Below, piece by piece: positions 12,854 through 25,830 of a DNA stretch of 64,000 bases (position 1 is its first letter; the number at the start of each line of letters is the position of its first letter). Made by a program: the position numbers and the translations under genes. The notes below the pieces were generated by a model, which was not told the origin of the DNA, searched no databases, and saw only the letters and a program-made list of their open reading frames with translations. The DNA is from Callorhinchus milii (taxonomy: Eukaryota). The stretch lies in NCBI RefSeq assembly GCF_018977255.1, contig NW_024704743.1, positions 35,156,001 through 35,220,000 of the forward strand, in the 5' to 3' direction.

Positions 12854-13467
12854 CAGTCCTCTTTCTTCCTGTCCCACAGAGTCCCTCCATTGGACCAAAG
12901 TGTATAAAAATGTCTGACCTCTGGCCTTCAGATTGCTTCTGACATCACTGTTTATGTATTGCAGCACACACCGGGAGACCCCTGCTGACATACCTTCCTT
13001 CATGTTTTGTAAAGTAACCTCAACAATGCACATACACACAACCAGCAGGCGTGCAGAGCACACAGCTGATTCCTGAGCTGAAAGAAAGTGGTCGATTTCC
13101 AGGTCATCGGGTCACCAGAAGATCATTTCCTGTTTTCTGTGCATGCGCAAAGTGACACTGGTGCTGACCTGATAAACTGGATGTCAGATGTTTTTTTAAG
13201 TGCATGAATTAAAAATGGTCAACTCCCTCCCAGTCATTAGGTTGATGCCTAATGATTCATTTGCTTGTGCAGTAAAGCAGGAACTGGCAAATTAATGAAC
13301 CAGAAGTCAGCCATTTTAGAGCAAAAAGCCAGCTGTGCACAATGAACAGGGTTAGGAATGCAACTGCGTCATAAGTTATAAGAGTCACATTGTATTTGTG
13401 CAACATCAAATACTTTGGCACAGCAGATGTCTGTAATATGCAGAGGTCACGACCACAGCTGCCTTAC

Positions 13468-13588
13468 CTGACGTCGAATAATTTCTAGGTTCTCGCTAGC
13501 CTTGTCCATTAGTACTTGGATACCTTCAGGATTTAGCATATTTTTGTTTTCTCGAAAAGTGTCTCTAATTTTCCTGATTGCAAAGGTC
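13468..13588 (-). CDS. LYRM4: LYRM4 coding exon 2
   Basis: Acceptor TTTATTTTACAG|G, donor CAG|GTAAGG, 121 nt. The first base completes the exon-1 codon (AG+G=Arg), giving [41 protein letters not shown]. Human has [41 protein letters not shown]. Confidence 0.96.
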
Positions 13589-13633
13589 CTGTAAAATAAA
13601 CAAAGATGCAATTGTCTTTAATAAAGTCTGTTG

Positions 13634-13952
13634 ATAAGAAGAATCCTTGGATTTGACACAGTGCTTTTTCAAGTCATTGAAACATTTCAAAGCACTTTAC
13701 AGGATCTTTCTGCAAAGTGTAGTATTTGTAGGTCAATGTAACAGCCAATATGTGCACATGTAGTGAATGACTAATTTTAGCTGGGGAAATTGTTGCCCTT
13801 CTCTTTTCGAATTGTACCATGGATTTTTAATGTCCATCTGAACAGCAAGAAAGAACCTTAACTTAATATCTCCTCTGACGAATCAACCGAGACTGTGAAC
13901 TCAACTGTGAAGTTCCGAAGGTGAAAGTACTTCTAACCGAGCCAGACTCACA
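13634..13952 (-). mobile_element. Older DeuSINE, diverged, about 45 nt upstream of the exon 2 acceptor
   Basis: Recognisable tail, central ATGGATTTTTAATGTCCATCTGAACAG, and head remnant. Confidence 0.7.
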
Positions 13953-14741
13953 CTTTTAAATCACATCCAAATGAGAATGGATTTCAGATGCAGCCTTTAA
14001 TGTATAATTCACAATAAAAACATTATATATACAGTATACACACACAAACTCCAACAGTACTGCTGGTGTTTTAAAAACAAGCAGTTCAGATTCACATTGA
14101 TGCTTTAAAGACAGACAATTGTTTTGAAAATTTCAGGCCAATCCCAACACAAAAATATTATTCTGAGGTACTCTGTGTAGCCTTTCAACATACAGACCAC
14201 CTCAAAGTGTGGTATAAAGCGATCAGAGGCCCAAATTTCCTGATGATCTGAGCCTCAAATCCATCACTATAAAATTTAGGATTGTGCAGAATTCATTCTT
14301 ATTTTTCTTATATTATTATTTGTCCAATCCTACATAATCTTGAACATTAGTACAGTGATGTTAAAGCTAATATAATGAGATATTTCTAATTTTAGGAGTG
14401 GGAAACCTGACTAATCACTCTTCTCCTTATACATTGGTTCTAAGGGCAGCTGTATCACTCTTACCACAGTGCTGGGCTGAACCGCACAGCACAGGGGATG
14501 AACCAGTATCACACAGTGCAAATATCCACTGAGCTACCAAGAGCACTCAGACAGGTTTCTGTATTCTAGGTTTGTTCATATACTCTTTCTCCTAATCTAA
14601 TATAAATGTAATTTTTATATAAAGTGTTTCAGGTGATGTGAATATGTCATTTTCTTCCCAAGTTTACTGTCAGAGGATTGGGTAATAATAAATAATAATT
14701 CTCCCATTTGATATATCACCTTTTACATCAGGAGGATGTCT

Positions 14742-15030
14742 AAGAACATAAGAATTTGCTAGGCGAAAGACGCCAAATATCCATCTAGTTTGCCTTCCAC
14801 CATCCTGGCATTCGCTTGACATGTCATGTCCCAAACTCTATACTATACCCTGAGATATTATTTTCTATCTAATTTGTTTGTGAAATAAACAACATTTTCT
14901 GCTTCCACTGTCTCCCAGGGAACCTGTTTCATAAGATTACTATTCTCTCACTGATGTAGTGTTTCTGCAGATTTGTTCTGAATTTACCCCCCTTCAATTG
15001 CAGGCTGTGTCCTCTGGTTCTACTGTTCAG
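14742..15030 (-). mobile_element. Old CR1 3' fragment
   Basis: AAGAACATAAGAA terminus and degenerate RGHSL/FRT-type coding end on the minus strand. Confidence 0.65.
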
Positions 15031-15032
15031 TA

Positions 15033-15362
15033 CAACAAGAAGATTAGATTTGTATAGCGCCTTTCACGTCGGGAGGACCTTCCAAGGTGCTGGACAGTGT
15101 ACAGCATTTCAGACCTGAGCTAGGGTTAGGGAGGGAGAAGGGAGGGGAGGAATGGTAGTGGCGATGTTACGGGGGTGAGGGAAGGCAGAGCAGGTCATGG
15201 CTTGAATGTGGGGAAGAAAAGACAGTTGAGGATCGAACAAGACACCTCGGTTCCTGACTGGCTGGTGAGTTGATGCTGCCAGAGCCTGAGGTGCTGAGGG
15301 CTGGCGCGAGCCAATCAGGAGGGCCTCAGTCTTGTTCACATTCAACTGTAGGAAATTTGCCT
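15033..15362 (-). mobile_element. Internally deleted L2 3' fragment
   Basis: Blocks match 32881-33750 but with large internal gaps. Confidence 0.88.
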
Positions 15363-15998
15363 TTGCTGTTTAACAAAATTGTCAGATTTCTAATCAAATG
15401 GCACAGCCCTGAGTGCATACAATCTTTTTTTGAAAACTAAGGCTTAATGTTTACTTTTATGTGTTTGCCTGCATTGACATGGAAAATATTAAACTAATTA
15501 ACCACATCTGTAATCTTGGGTATCACAATCCTTCCTCTTTTTATAGAAGCAGAAAATGGAGGGTGTGAGGAAGACGAGGTTGTGCTGACCAAAATTTAAG
15601 CTTTTAGGTTAATTTCTGCCACTCCAGATCCTTGTGTAAATAGGTGTCATATGGACACCCTTTCCCCCTCCCCAACAAATATATGCTGCATGGACATTTA
15701 ATGCAGCTGAAACAGTCTAGAGACAATCCAGTAAAGGATCCAGCGATGAAGGCGTGAGAAATTTCAGTGAAATTAATTTTACATGTGAAATCTGTTTTTA
15801 CATTGTGATCCTCTGACACAAATTTTGAACTGATGGCTGGTGTACCCGCCACAGAACAGTGCAACATTTCCCCTAAATTAAACACACTGACATTGTTCAT
15901 TTGGTCATTATAGTGCTCCACTCTGCTTGCATTATTGTCTCGTCTCTAGTGGGACAAGGAGTGTAAAGCCAAAGTACATTTGTAATAACTAATAACTA

Positions 15999-16300
15999 GG
16001 AGTCCTGCAGCTCAGTGGTTAGAGCTCTTGCCTCGCAAGCGAGAGACCTAGGTTTGATTCCAGCCAGGTTGAAACCTGAGGCAAGTTTCCTTACTTCACA
16101 CGCCTGATAATAATCCTTAAAAAAAAATTGGTCACTTCAATCCACAACTGTTTGTGGGACACTGCTGTGCGCAATTGGCTGCCGCGTTTCGCTCAAAAAT
16201 ATACAATCAATTCACTTTACAGTCTATTCTGTGAAGCGCTTTGAGACGTCTATAAAATATGAAAAAGCGCTACATCAGATGCAAGGATTATTATCATTAT
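15999..16300 (+). mobile_element. tRNA-headed SINE, short subfamily
   Basis: GGAGTCCTGCAGCTCAGTGGTTAGAGC head through GCAAGGATTATTATC tail. Confidence 0.9.
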
Positions 16301-16770
16301 ATAACTATGACCTTGACTCATGCTCCAAAGCAACTAATGGGAAAAAAAAATCATCTTTCACTAACAGCCAAGGAGGAATCGGCAGAAACTATAAGTGGCT
16401 TTGTTCAAGAGTTGCCCCAACTAAGGGGCAATACCTCAATCGGGCTTTTTAGGCCTCTCGATTGTTCTGGTCCTGCACCAAAGGTTCACAGTATACAATG
16501 GGAAATGTTCTTACCCACACAGAAGTCAACTACAGCAACCTCTCAATGAAGCCATACTGTTGGAACTCTACCATTGCATTATCTCCTGGATCACCTCTTC
16601 CAACTGTGAGTGAACTGATTATGAGCAACGCGTCTCAACAGTTAGAATCCTCTTCAAGGTACACCTCTTGCTGAAGCTCATTCATTGATGAGCTGAGTGG
16701 TGGGCCACAATTTATACCCGAGTGCTCAACATCAATATATAGTAGTGGGAGAGTTCTTCACTTCCTCAGA

Positions 16771-17329
16771 CAACAACAAGATTACATTTGTATAGTGCCT
16801 TTCACGTCAGGAGGACGTCCCAAAGCGCTGGACGGTGTACAGCATTTCAAACCCGAGCTGGGGTCAGAGGGAGGAAGGGAGGGGAGGGTAAGGGGGGTGG
16901 CCGATGGCATGGTCGAAGAAGAGGGTTTTGAGGCGGGACTTGAAGGAGGGGGCGAGGCGGAGTGATTGGGGGATGGAATTCCAGAGGTTGGGGGCAGAGT
17001 GGCTGAAGGCTCTCCCACCAATGGTGGGGCGGGTGGGTCGGGGGACATGGAATAGGCCAGAGCCGGCTGAGCGGAGGGAGTGGGCGGGTTGGTAGGGGGT
17101 TAGGAGGTGACAGAGGTAGAATGGGGCGAGGCCATGGAGGACTTTATAGGTGAGGACCAGGATCTTGAACTGGATTCCCTGAAGGATAGGGAGCCAATGG
17201 AGTCAGGGGAGATGGGGTCATGGAGTTTGGTGCAGGAGAGAACACGGGCTGCAGAGTTCTGGATTATCTGCAGCCTGTGGAGGGAGGAGTTGGGAAGGCT
17301 GACAAGCAGGGTGTTTGTATAGTCAAGTT
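16771..17329 (-). mobile_element. L2 LINE 3' portion
   Basis: Highly similar to 32881-33440, with an intact stem-loop tail. Confidence 0.93.
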
Positions 17330-17784
17330 ATGTAATTATATAAATCATAGTTACATAATTCAAGATTAACCCTCACAAAAAAAACAATCCTTCTGTATGA
17401 AGATCAGATTGATAGTGCCCAGCTCCTCTCAGTTCATTCTTTAGCTGATGAAGTTAGACCAAAGCCTGTCCTTGTACATATAATGCCAAAGATGGGAGAT
17501 AAGCTGGCCTCAGTGAAAGAATAAAAAATATACCCAACATATCATTGGAAGCCTGAAGATGATGTACGTTCAGTGAGAACTAAATGGATGTATCTAGTTT
17601 GTTTCAATTGTTGAAATAATTTTAGGCAGCTTCATATCTAAAGGGACATTTACACCACGTATTTGAAGATTACCCTGTGTTACTGTGCCGCACCCAGCAA
17701 CCCCCCACCCAAATTGTTAGATTATGCTAAAGTCTGAACTTCTACACATCATGTAATTTCCTTTCATTCAAGTTAATTTCATTG

Positions 17785-18038
17785 TTGGAGATGCCATCCT
17801 TCGTACAATAATTTAAACCAAGGTCCAGTCTGCCTGTTAAAGATCCCATGACACTATTCAAACAGAGAAGGGATTTTCTCCTGATGCCAACAATCCCCCA
17901 AAAAAATTAGTCATTCATTTCATGGGTATTTATGGGACATTGCTGTGTGCAATTGTGCTGTCACCTTTGCCTACAAATACAGTCACTCCATTTCACGGTA
18001 AATAAAGTGCAATACCAAATGTAAGGATTATTATTATT
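17785..18038 (+). mobile_element. Older DeuSINE fragment
   Basis: AAAGATCCCATGACACTATTC ... GGGACATTGCTGTGTGCAATT ... AAGGATTATTATT. Confidence 0.75.
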
Positions 18039-21000
18039 GGACAAATTACATTACACACTTCTCCAAATTAATAGATCTAAATACAACCAAAACTTTGCAT
18101 TAATTTCATGTCATTTAAAAATTCTATGTATAGCAATATGCAATATACTGTTCATTTTATCATCCAGTTAAATTGATGTGGCTGCCGCGTATTGCATTCT
18201 CTGGTCACTGCAAAATTGCTATTCTTGTACAACTGAGAGATTTGGGCAATCCAGATATGGTGGGCAATGAGCTATCTGAAGCACAAAGCATTGTGTTCTA
18301 CCGACCTCCTTATGTATGCACTAAGTGTAGGTGTATGTGTGTGTGCGCGTGATGATATGTATGTATGGTGTGTGATATGCGAGAGTGTACTTGTAAGATA
18401 TTATATATGGATATAAAAATACACATATACAATATCAAAATAAATAGCCCATACATTTAGTATAGTGCCTTTCACCTAGGGAGGATGTCTCAAAGCACTT
18501 CACATGCTATACCGTGAAGTGACTGTGTATGTTGTAGGCGGATATGTAATACAAGGTTACACTTGGGCATAACCCCACCAATGATCTACCAATGTGTTCC
18601 CACCAATGTGTTCTTAAACCTTTTTACCATAGAGGGAACAAATCCTTCATACAACATTTTGGTTCTGGTGCCTTAAATAGTTAATGGTAATTTTTTTTAA
18701 AAAAGACACACACAAGACATATCACCAAAACCACCCAAACACTAAATTGCAAACTTTGGAAAAAGGTAAATTCAGTCAATCATCCCCACATCTTCATCAA
18801 TAAAACAGTGCCACACAAGTCACCACAGATAATGCAGTGCGTCTCTCATCATTCAGACACAATACCACTAAGGCAGCCTTTACAGTAGAGGGTGCTGAAT
18901 AGCTATTAATTTCATCTCTGTCAGCTTCTGTCATCTTCTTTCTCCGTTCCTCGCACTGCGCTGCGTGCTCATAAATAATACATTTCAATCAATGTGGCTT
19001 CGGTGGCTACTGAATGCCACCCTATCGCTGCACACTAGCAGATGGTGATGCTTTTAATTAGGGCCTGTTCACCTATAAAGAGACACAAGAGTGTATTGTT
19101 AATAGGATTTGCTTAATATGAAATCTAATTCGTATCTGCAGCTGTTCCCAGTATCATGCCGCTCATTCTGTGGTCCTTGCCTGGTGTTCTGGGACACTGG
19201 CATTCAAAGAAAATGACATGTCAAAATTCTTAAGGTGTTTCTAAGCCAACTGATTGTATGTCATTTAATTGGAAAATACATTTCAATCACAACAGGGGTG
19301 TGGATTACAGTGAATCTAATAGATGATGGAGTTGCTGGTGCTGGGTGGAAGGGGGGGTCACTGGCAACTATTTAAAGTTCTTGATTTCTTGGTCAGTGTC
19401 CAGCTACAGAGCAATTTAAAAGCCATGAGTTTCCATTACTGTCACTTTATTGATCTGTGCCACTTATGAAGTTACGATTGTTAACAGGAACAAGACACAC
19501 CCTTCCCCACCCTCTCCCCAATACTCAGAATACAAAAATGTAGAATCCATCAGGAGACGGCTGCCAAATCCTAAAGTGAAATGGCAAAAATATTCTGCAC
19601 TTTTTAATCCAATTTCAAGCCCAAAACATGTTATATGCACAGTACAACTCTGTCAGCACACCAATTTTGATCTGTGTAGAATCCTGGCTGTCACACATCA
19701 TGGCACATGGGGGGTGGGGGGGAGCATCAAAGGGATTTAAACCAATAATGGTGTGTGTGTGTGGGTGGGAGGAAGAAAGGAGAGAACAAAAATGTTCAGT
19801 TTAAGCTGGTTTTCCTACTTCCTCTCAATTTTAGTAACTGAGAAATAAAAGCCAGCCTTCTCTGTCAAGTGGAATCTGAAATGTTGCTGGAGTGCAATGA
19901 GTGCAATTATCACAAAATATAGAATAATGTGAGAAATCTCAGAATCTCTTCCATTCACACTATGCTGAGAAGCACTGACAACACGTTTTGGATGCCACCT
20001 TGTGCAATGGTTAACACAATGATTTACATTTATATAGTAAGTACAGAGTACAGTACCTATGAAGTACATATATATTCACTAAGAAAAACATGCACTTTTA
20101 AAAAAAACACACATAAATTGTGTATATCTAACAATTTCTCCCCCACCACCCCAGTTAATGGAAGAGAATGGACATTCAGAAGAACCAAAAACCTTATTAT
20201 ACAAAATTCCATGTCAGAGCATTCCGTAGTTATTTTAGGAACTACAGAAAACCAACTTTGATTACTTTACCGCCTTAGAAGAGTATTTCCCTTCACTAGC
20301 ATTGTGAACTTAAGAGTATTTAAGAAGGAAAAATAACAGTATTCTCTCAGTTGAATGTTGCAAATAATTTGTTGTGTTACCTTCACTTTTTATTACAGAC
20401 ACAAATCCTCATTTTGAGGTGGACTGAAGTAAAACACTTATATCAGGTAGATATTAACATGAGATCTGATCATATTGGCATGAATGGAGGCTTGAGATTA
20501 AAGATCAGATGGGTATGAGTGACAGTGGGGTTCAGAGATCAGGTCAGGGGGATATAAGTGGAGAAGGGGTTCTCTTCCAACTTCTATAAAGAAGGAAAAA
20601 AATCACATGCCCAGCTGCAAATTTAAGACGGACAGGCACTTCACTTGAATTGCACCAGCTGCTAACTGCAGCTCCTGGGATCTCGGATTTAGTTCAAATC
20701 GTCCTGATCACAAATGGGATCTCATTGGGGCCTATCGTTTAAAAGTAGCAATTGATTTTGTGAGCAGAAAACAATCCTCCCTCCCTTCATTTACCAGCGC
20801 TTTGTAAATGAAAAATAACAATTCTGCATTAACAGCCAACTTTTAAAAAATAAATGTTAGAAATCAAAGTTGTTTAGTGTGCCGCACCATAAAATGAAAT
20901 GAACTGCATTTAATTAGTAAGTGCACATGAACCCCAGATCAGCCATAACCACAATGATTCCTTTCACTTAATGGGATTTTTATTGATATTGTCACAAAAG

Positions 21001-21179
21001 TGAAAATGTTCTCATTGCTTACATACGGGAACACGTTACAGTTCCTATTTTATTTTATCTCAAATGTTATCTCCCCTCTCTTTTCCCTTAAGACAAACAG
21101 TTTCCAGGACCTCGCTCAAGTGATCATTATTCACACGAGGCTTGACAGTGAGCGTCTGCACACTATAGAACAGCAGCAT

Positions 21180-21870
21180 GCTGGGTGCATAATTTAGACA
21201 TTAGGTTCGATCCCCAGCTTTCCTTTCTACCCCACATCCGGTCCCTGACCAGAACCTCTTTCCACAACCTCAGTCACATTGTCAGCGTCCAACCGTACTT
21301 CACACCCAACACAGCCGAAACACTCGTCCAAGCATTTATTACCGCCCACCTCAATAATTCAATGGCCTCTTCGCTGGTCTCCCCAACTCCAATATCCACA
21401 AAATCCAACTAATTCAAAATTCCACTGCCCATAACATTCACCCACACTAATCTCTGTACCACCATCACACCAGTCCTTGCCCCCCCCCGCCGCCCCCCAT
21501 CACAGAACAGATTGACTTCAAGATGCTCACACTCGTCTACAAATCCCTTCATGTCCTGGCATCTCCCTACCTCTCCGACCTGCTTACTCCCCACTCCACC
21601 ACCCGTTCGGTTGGCTCCATCCTCCTAGTTGTCCCTCAAACCTCCGCTCCATAATTGGTGGCCGTGCTTTCAACCACTATGCCACAAAACCTTGGAACTC
21701 TCTCCCTCAATTTCACCTTGCTCCCTCCTTCCCCATTTTCAGATCAGGTCTAAAGACCTTCCTCTTTGACCTTACGTACGGTCACCTGGCTCAGCGTCAG
21801 GCTCCACCACTGTTAAGTGCTCCAAAACACTACCCCTGCGTGTATGGTGCTAAATGCAAGCTGTTGTACT
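21180..21870 (+). mobile_element. Older L2 3' portion
   Basis: NLDIRFDPQLSFLPHIRSL..TAETLVQAFITAHL peptide; L2 tail. Confidence 0.9.
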
Positions 21871-22882
21871 AAGTATAACAGGATCTATACTTTGTAGGGC
21901 AGTCTGACACGGGATTGAAGTCTATACTCTTTGTGAAGTGACACATAAACGAACAGCAGATGAATCAATGAAACAAGTTTATTAGGACTTGCTCCTTTTA
22001 TGTAATGAATCGAGACTTAAACTCAATAAAACACGACTGTCATCTAATATTGAAGTACCAGTCAACAAAATTTAATGAGAGATCTGGTTTCAAGTCAGAT
22101 AGAATCCTGGAGTGAAGGAACAATCAGTCTACAACACCATGGCTGCAAACATTTGGTTGTGAGCGGGATGGAGAAAAGGATGCTCAATCTGTGGTTTAGA
22201 CCATTACTCAAGTATTTTAGGAATGCTAACCACACATCTAAATGAAGGTATTCAATATTAAACCTCACAATCTTTCAGAGACATTCTTTTTAAGTTGCAT
22301 ATGAATGTTTTTTAGATGCTCAAATGGTTCAAATCCACCAGAAGTCAAATGTCACATCATTCAGAACTATAGATCTCAGATAATGAGTTTTCCTTATTTA
22401 GTTCAGCCCACTCTGTAACTTGGTAGGTAGTATTCTGACAATTTGCAATGGCAAAAGCTTCCTGTTACGATTCTTGGACTTATGAACAGACTCCTTGGCT
22501 CTAACTAAATTAGATGAAGTCTCAGAAACAAACTATTATCCACTTTATGTTGCTACTTAGAATAAAAGTGGTATTGCTGTTAAAATATTCTGGAGAAAGC
22601 CCATAATACCTACCCTTCTCACTGACTGCTGTTTTTCTCTGAAGGACTGCTTAGACCCAGACAATTAACAAGGATATAGTTCTGCTTTTGGATATTAGTG
22701 GCCTGCTACAGCATTTTTACTTGAAACATTTCAGCATCTCTTCATATGGTTTCTTAAGAAAAAAAATCTCTTTTGCAAGGGAACAATTACTGCAAAGTTA
22801 TCAGGAAGGAGTTAGATACATAACCAGGCAAGGCTTGGTATCCACCTCAAGAGCATTTTTTAAATAATGTTGTAGTCTGCAG

Positions 22883-23309
22883 AATAATAATAATTTAATA
22901 TAGTGCCTTATCTCATTGTCGAGATGTCTCAAAGCGCTTTACAAAATATACTGTGAAGTGGATTAACTATGTATTCTGTGAGTGGGATGTGACAGCCAAT
23001 TTGCACACAGCAATGTCTGACAAACAGCCATGGAGTGAGTGACCAATTTTATTTGGATGACTAGTTAGCCAGGAAACTCCTTTATCTTTTTAAAAGTACT
23101 ATGGAATCTTTAATGTCCACCTATACAGGCAGAGAAGACCTCGGTTTAACATCTCATCCGAAGAACGACACCTCCAACAATGCAACACCCCCCCAGCACC
23201 GTATTGGAGTATCACCTTAGATTATGTGATTCCAAATCCCAATGTGGGGCTTGAACTCACAATCTTCTGACTTAGAGGCGAAAGTGCTACAATTGCACCA
23301 GGCTGACAC
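22883..23309 (-). mobile_element. Older full-length DeuSINE
   Basis: Colinear with 8728-9163. Confidence 0.85.
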
Positions 23310-24408
23310 ACAAAAGGGCAAATGTTGATCTTTCACAAAGGTTTGAGCTATATCGGCAATGAATTAAATCAGATACTAGTAGATTTTTACCCAATAATCA
23401 GCTATTCCCTCTATGTACATCGACATAATTATGAGCTGCTGGATCGTGGAAGCAGAACTTATTGCCAGCGGATTTGGAATTGTCTAATTTCAGGAGGAAA
23501 CTTTGACCCAAACCCCTCTGACAGCGCAACACTGCTGCGAATGTACAGGAAAGAGGGGAAAAAAACAAGGAACAAACTGTGGGCAGGAGTGTCATGAGAC
23601 TGGAGAAGATTAGGGGATTCTCAGGTGTCTTTAAAAAGTGCTTTAGAACGCTCCCCTGTGTGAAGGGCGCTATATAAATGCAAGTTGTTCTTGCATAAAA
23701 TTCCTTGAGAAGAATTTGCACCACCAATTAAGCTTGAGAATATCCTAAAGGAATACATTGTAGAAATTACAGCACAGGAGGACATTTGGCATTTTGAGCC
23801 TATGCCAGCGTATTGAGCCTTTGCTGGTTTCATGAGCCAATGAACTCCTCTATTCCAGCTATCCATTTAAATCCTAATTGCCTACTCTTTCCCTGTACAT
23901 CTTTTTACAGAAGGATAAATAAATAAGCAAGAACATTAAGGGATATGGAGAGAAATCTGGAAAATGGGATTAATATAAGAGGGTAAATACAGAAAAGCAA
24001 ATAGCAATGACTGAAACACAATGGCTTCCTTCTGTGTAGAAAATGTGTATGTTTTCATGACATATACATATCTCGCACAACAAAAACAATGATTTGCAAT
24101 TACTCAAACATCAAACACTTTGATGTAAATGTGAATCTCAATCACTGTCTTTGTATAAAACATTTAGAAAAACATTTCTAAATGCATGAAACCACATTTG
24201 AAACGTTCCTTTACCTTTTTGCGAACTGCAGAGGCGCAGGGGATAAATGTGCCGATTGATAGAATTTTACAACTATTACTGCAGCAGTCAGAGGATGAAA
24301 TGGAACGTTTGCAGTTTACAGAGGAACTGACAGAATTCAATTTAATTTAAAAGGAATCATAAAGTGATAGTCATACAGCTTGCCATCCTCCTCCCTCATC
24401 CACCTTAG

Positions 24409-24787
24409 ACCATAAGACGTAGGAGCAGGAGTAGGCCATTCGGCCCCTCGAGCCTGCCCCGCCATTTAATAAGATCATGGCTGATCTTCTAACCTAATTC
24501 CATTTACCCGCCTTATCCCCATATCCCTTAATCCCTCTATCCTTTAGAAATCTATCAACCTCAGTCTTGATTATGTTCAAGGACTGAGCATCCACAGCTT
24601 TCTACGGTAGAGAATTCCACAAATTCACTAGCCCTGAGTGAAGAAATGTTTCCTCAACTCAGTTCGAAAAGACTGACCTTTAATCTTGAGACTATGACCC
24701 CGAGTTTTAGATTCTCCAACCAGGGGAAACAGACTCACGACATCTACCTATCAAGACCCTTAAGGATCTTATAGGTTTCCATAAGAT
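24409..24787 (-). mobile_element. CR1 LINE 3' end (shark HER1-like)
   Basis: Reverse strand encodes DLMETYKILKGLDR..KTRGHSLKIKG..LRKHFFTQ..NLWNSLP..GIKGYGDKAGKW and ends GGCCGAATGGCCTACTCCTGCTCCTACGTCTTATGGTCT. CACCTTAG direct repeats flank it. Confidence 0.92.
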
Positions 24788-24869
24788 CACCTTAGTGGGA
24801 CAGCACTCACATGATTCAAGTTCTACTTAACAAACCACCAATGTTGTTTCCTCCCACCACCCCAAGCCT

Positions 24870-25830
24870 CCAATCTTGGCCCCCTTCTTTTCTACAGCCT
24901 CCCTCTTGGTAATGTCATCCACAGAAATGGGGGTCAACTTCCACATGTATGTGGATGACACCCAAATCTACTTCTCCTCCTCCAGCTGTGACTCGCAGTC
25001 TGCTGATGTCCTATCAGCTTGTTTGACGGATATCAAGGCCTGGATGAAAGCAAATTTCATGCAGCTGAATATCAGCAAGACAGAAGCCATACTTTTTGGC
25101 TCCTGTCAACATCTTCTCTCCTGTGGGTCTGAACTCCTTGAGCTCTCCCTCAGACTGAGTGAATCTGTGTGCAACTTAAGCGTCAGGTTCAATTCCCAGC
25201 TTTCCTGTCTACTCCACATCCATTCACTGACCAGGTCCGCTTTTTTCCACCTCTGCCACATTGCCCGCCTCGGTCTGTACCTCACAATCAACACAGCCAT
25301 AACCCTTGTCCATGCCTTGGTCACTTCCCAGCTGGACTATCCAATGCCCTCCTCACTGGTCTCCCCAGCTCTACTATATACAAAATGCAATTAATCCAAA
25401 ACTCCGCTTCCCGGATACTTACAAGTACAAACTCCGTAACAGGCTCCACTGGCTCCCAATTACTGAATGGATCGATTTCAAGATCATCTCATTCATTTTC
25501 AAATCCTTTCATGCACTGGCACCTCCCTATTTATCCGATCTGCTTACCCCCTACTCTACCATCCACTGCCTCCGTTTGGCTGGCTCCGGCCTCCTGTTTG
25601 TCCCTTGTCCACTCCACCATCGGTAGCCATGCCTTCAGCCAGTACGCCCCATAACTCTGGAACTCCCTCCCTCCCCACCTTCAAATCCTGCCTAAAGACC
25701 TTCCTTTTTGTTATGCTTATGGTCACCTCCCCACTCTCTTTCCCCAGGCTCAGCGTCAGACTCCACCACTGTCACGTGCTCCGAGACGTGACCTTGTGTG
25801 AAGGTAACTATATAAATGCAAGTTGTTATT
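24870..25830 (+). mobile_element. Older L2 RT 3' portion
   Basis: FHMYVDDTQIY (YADD motif), MQLNISKTE and LHWLPITEWIDFKI; L2 tail. Confidence 0.92.
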
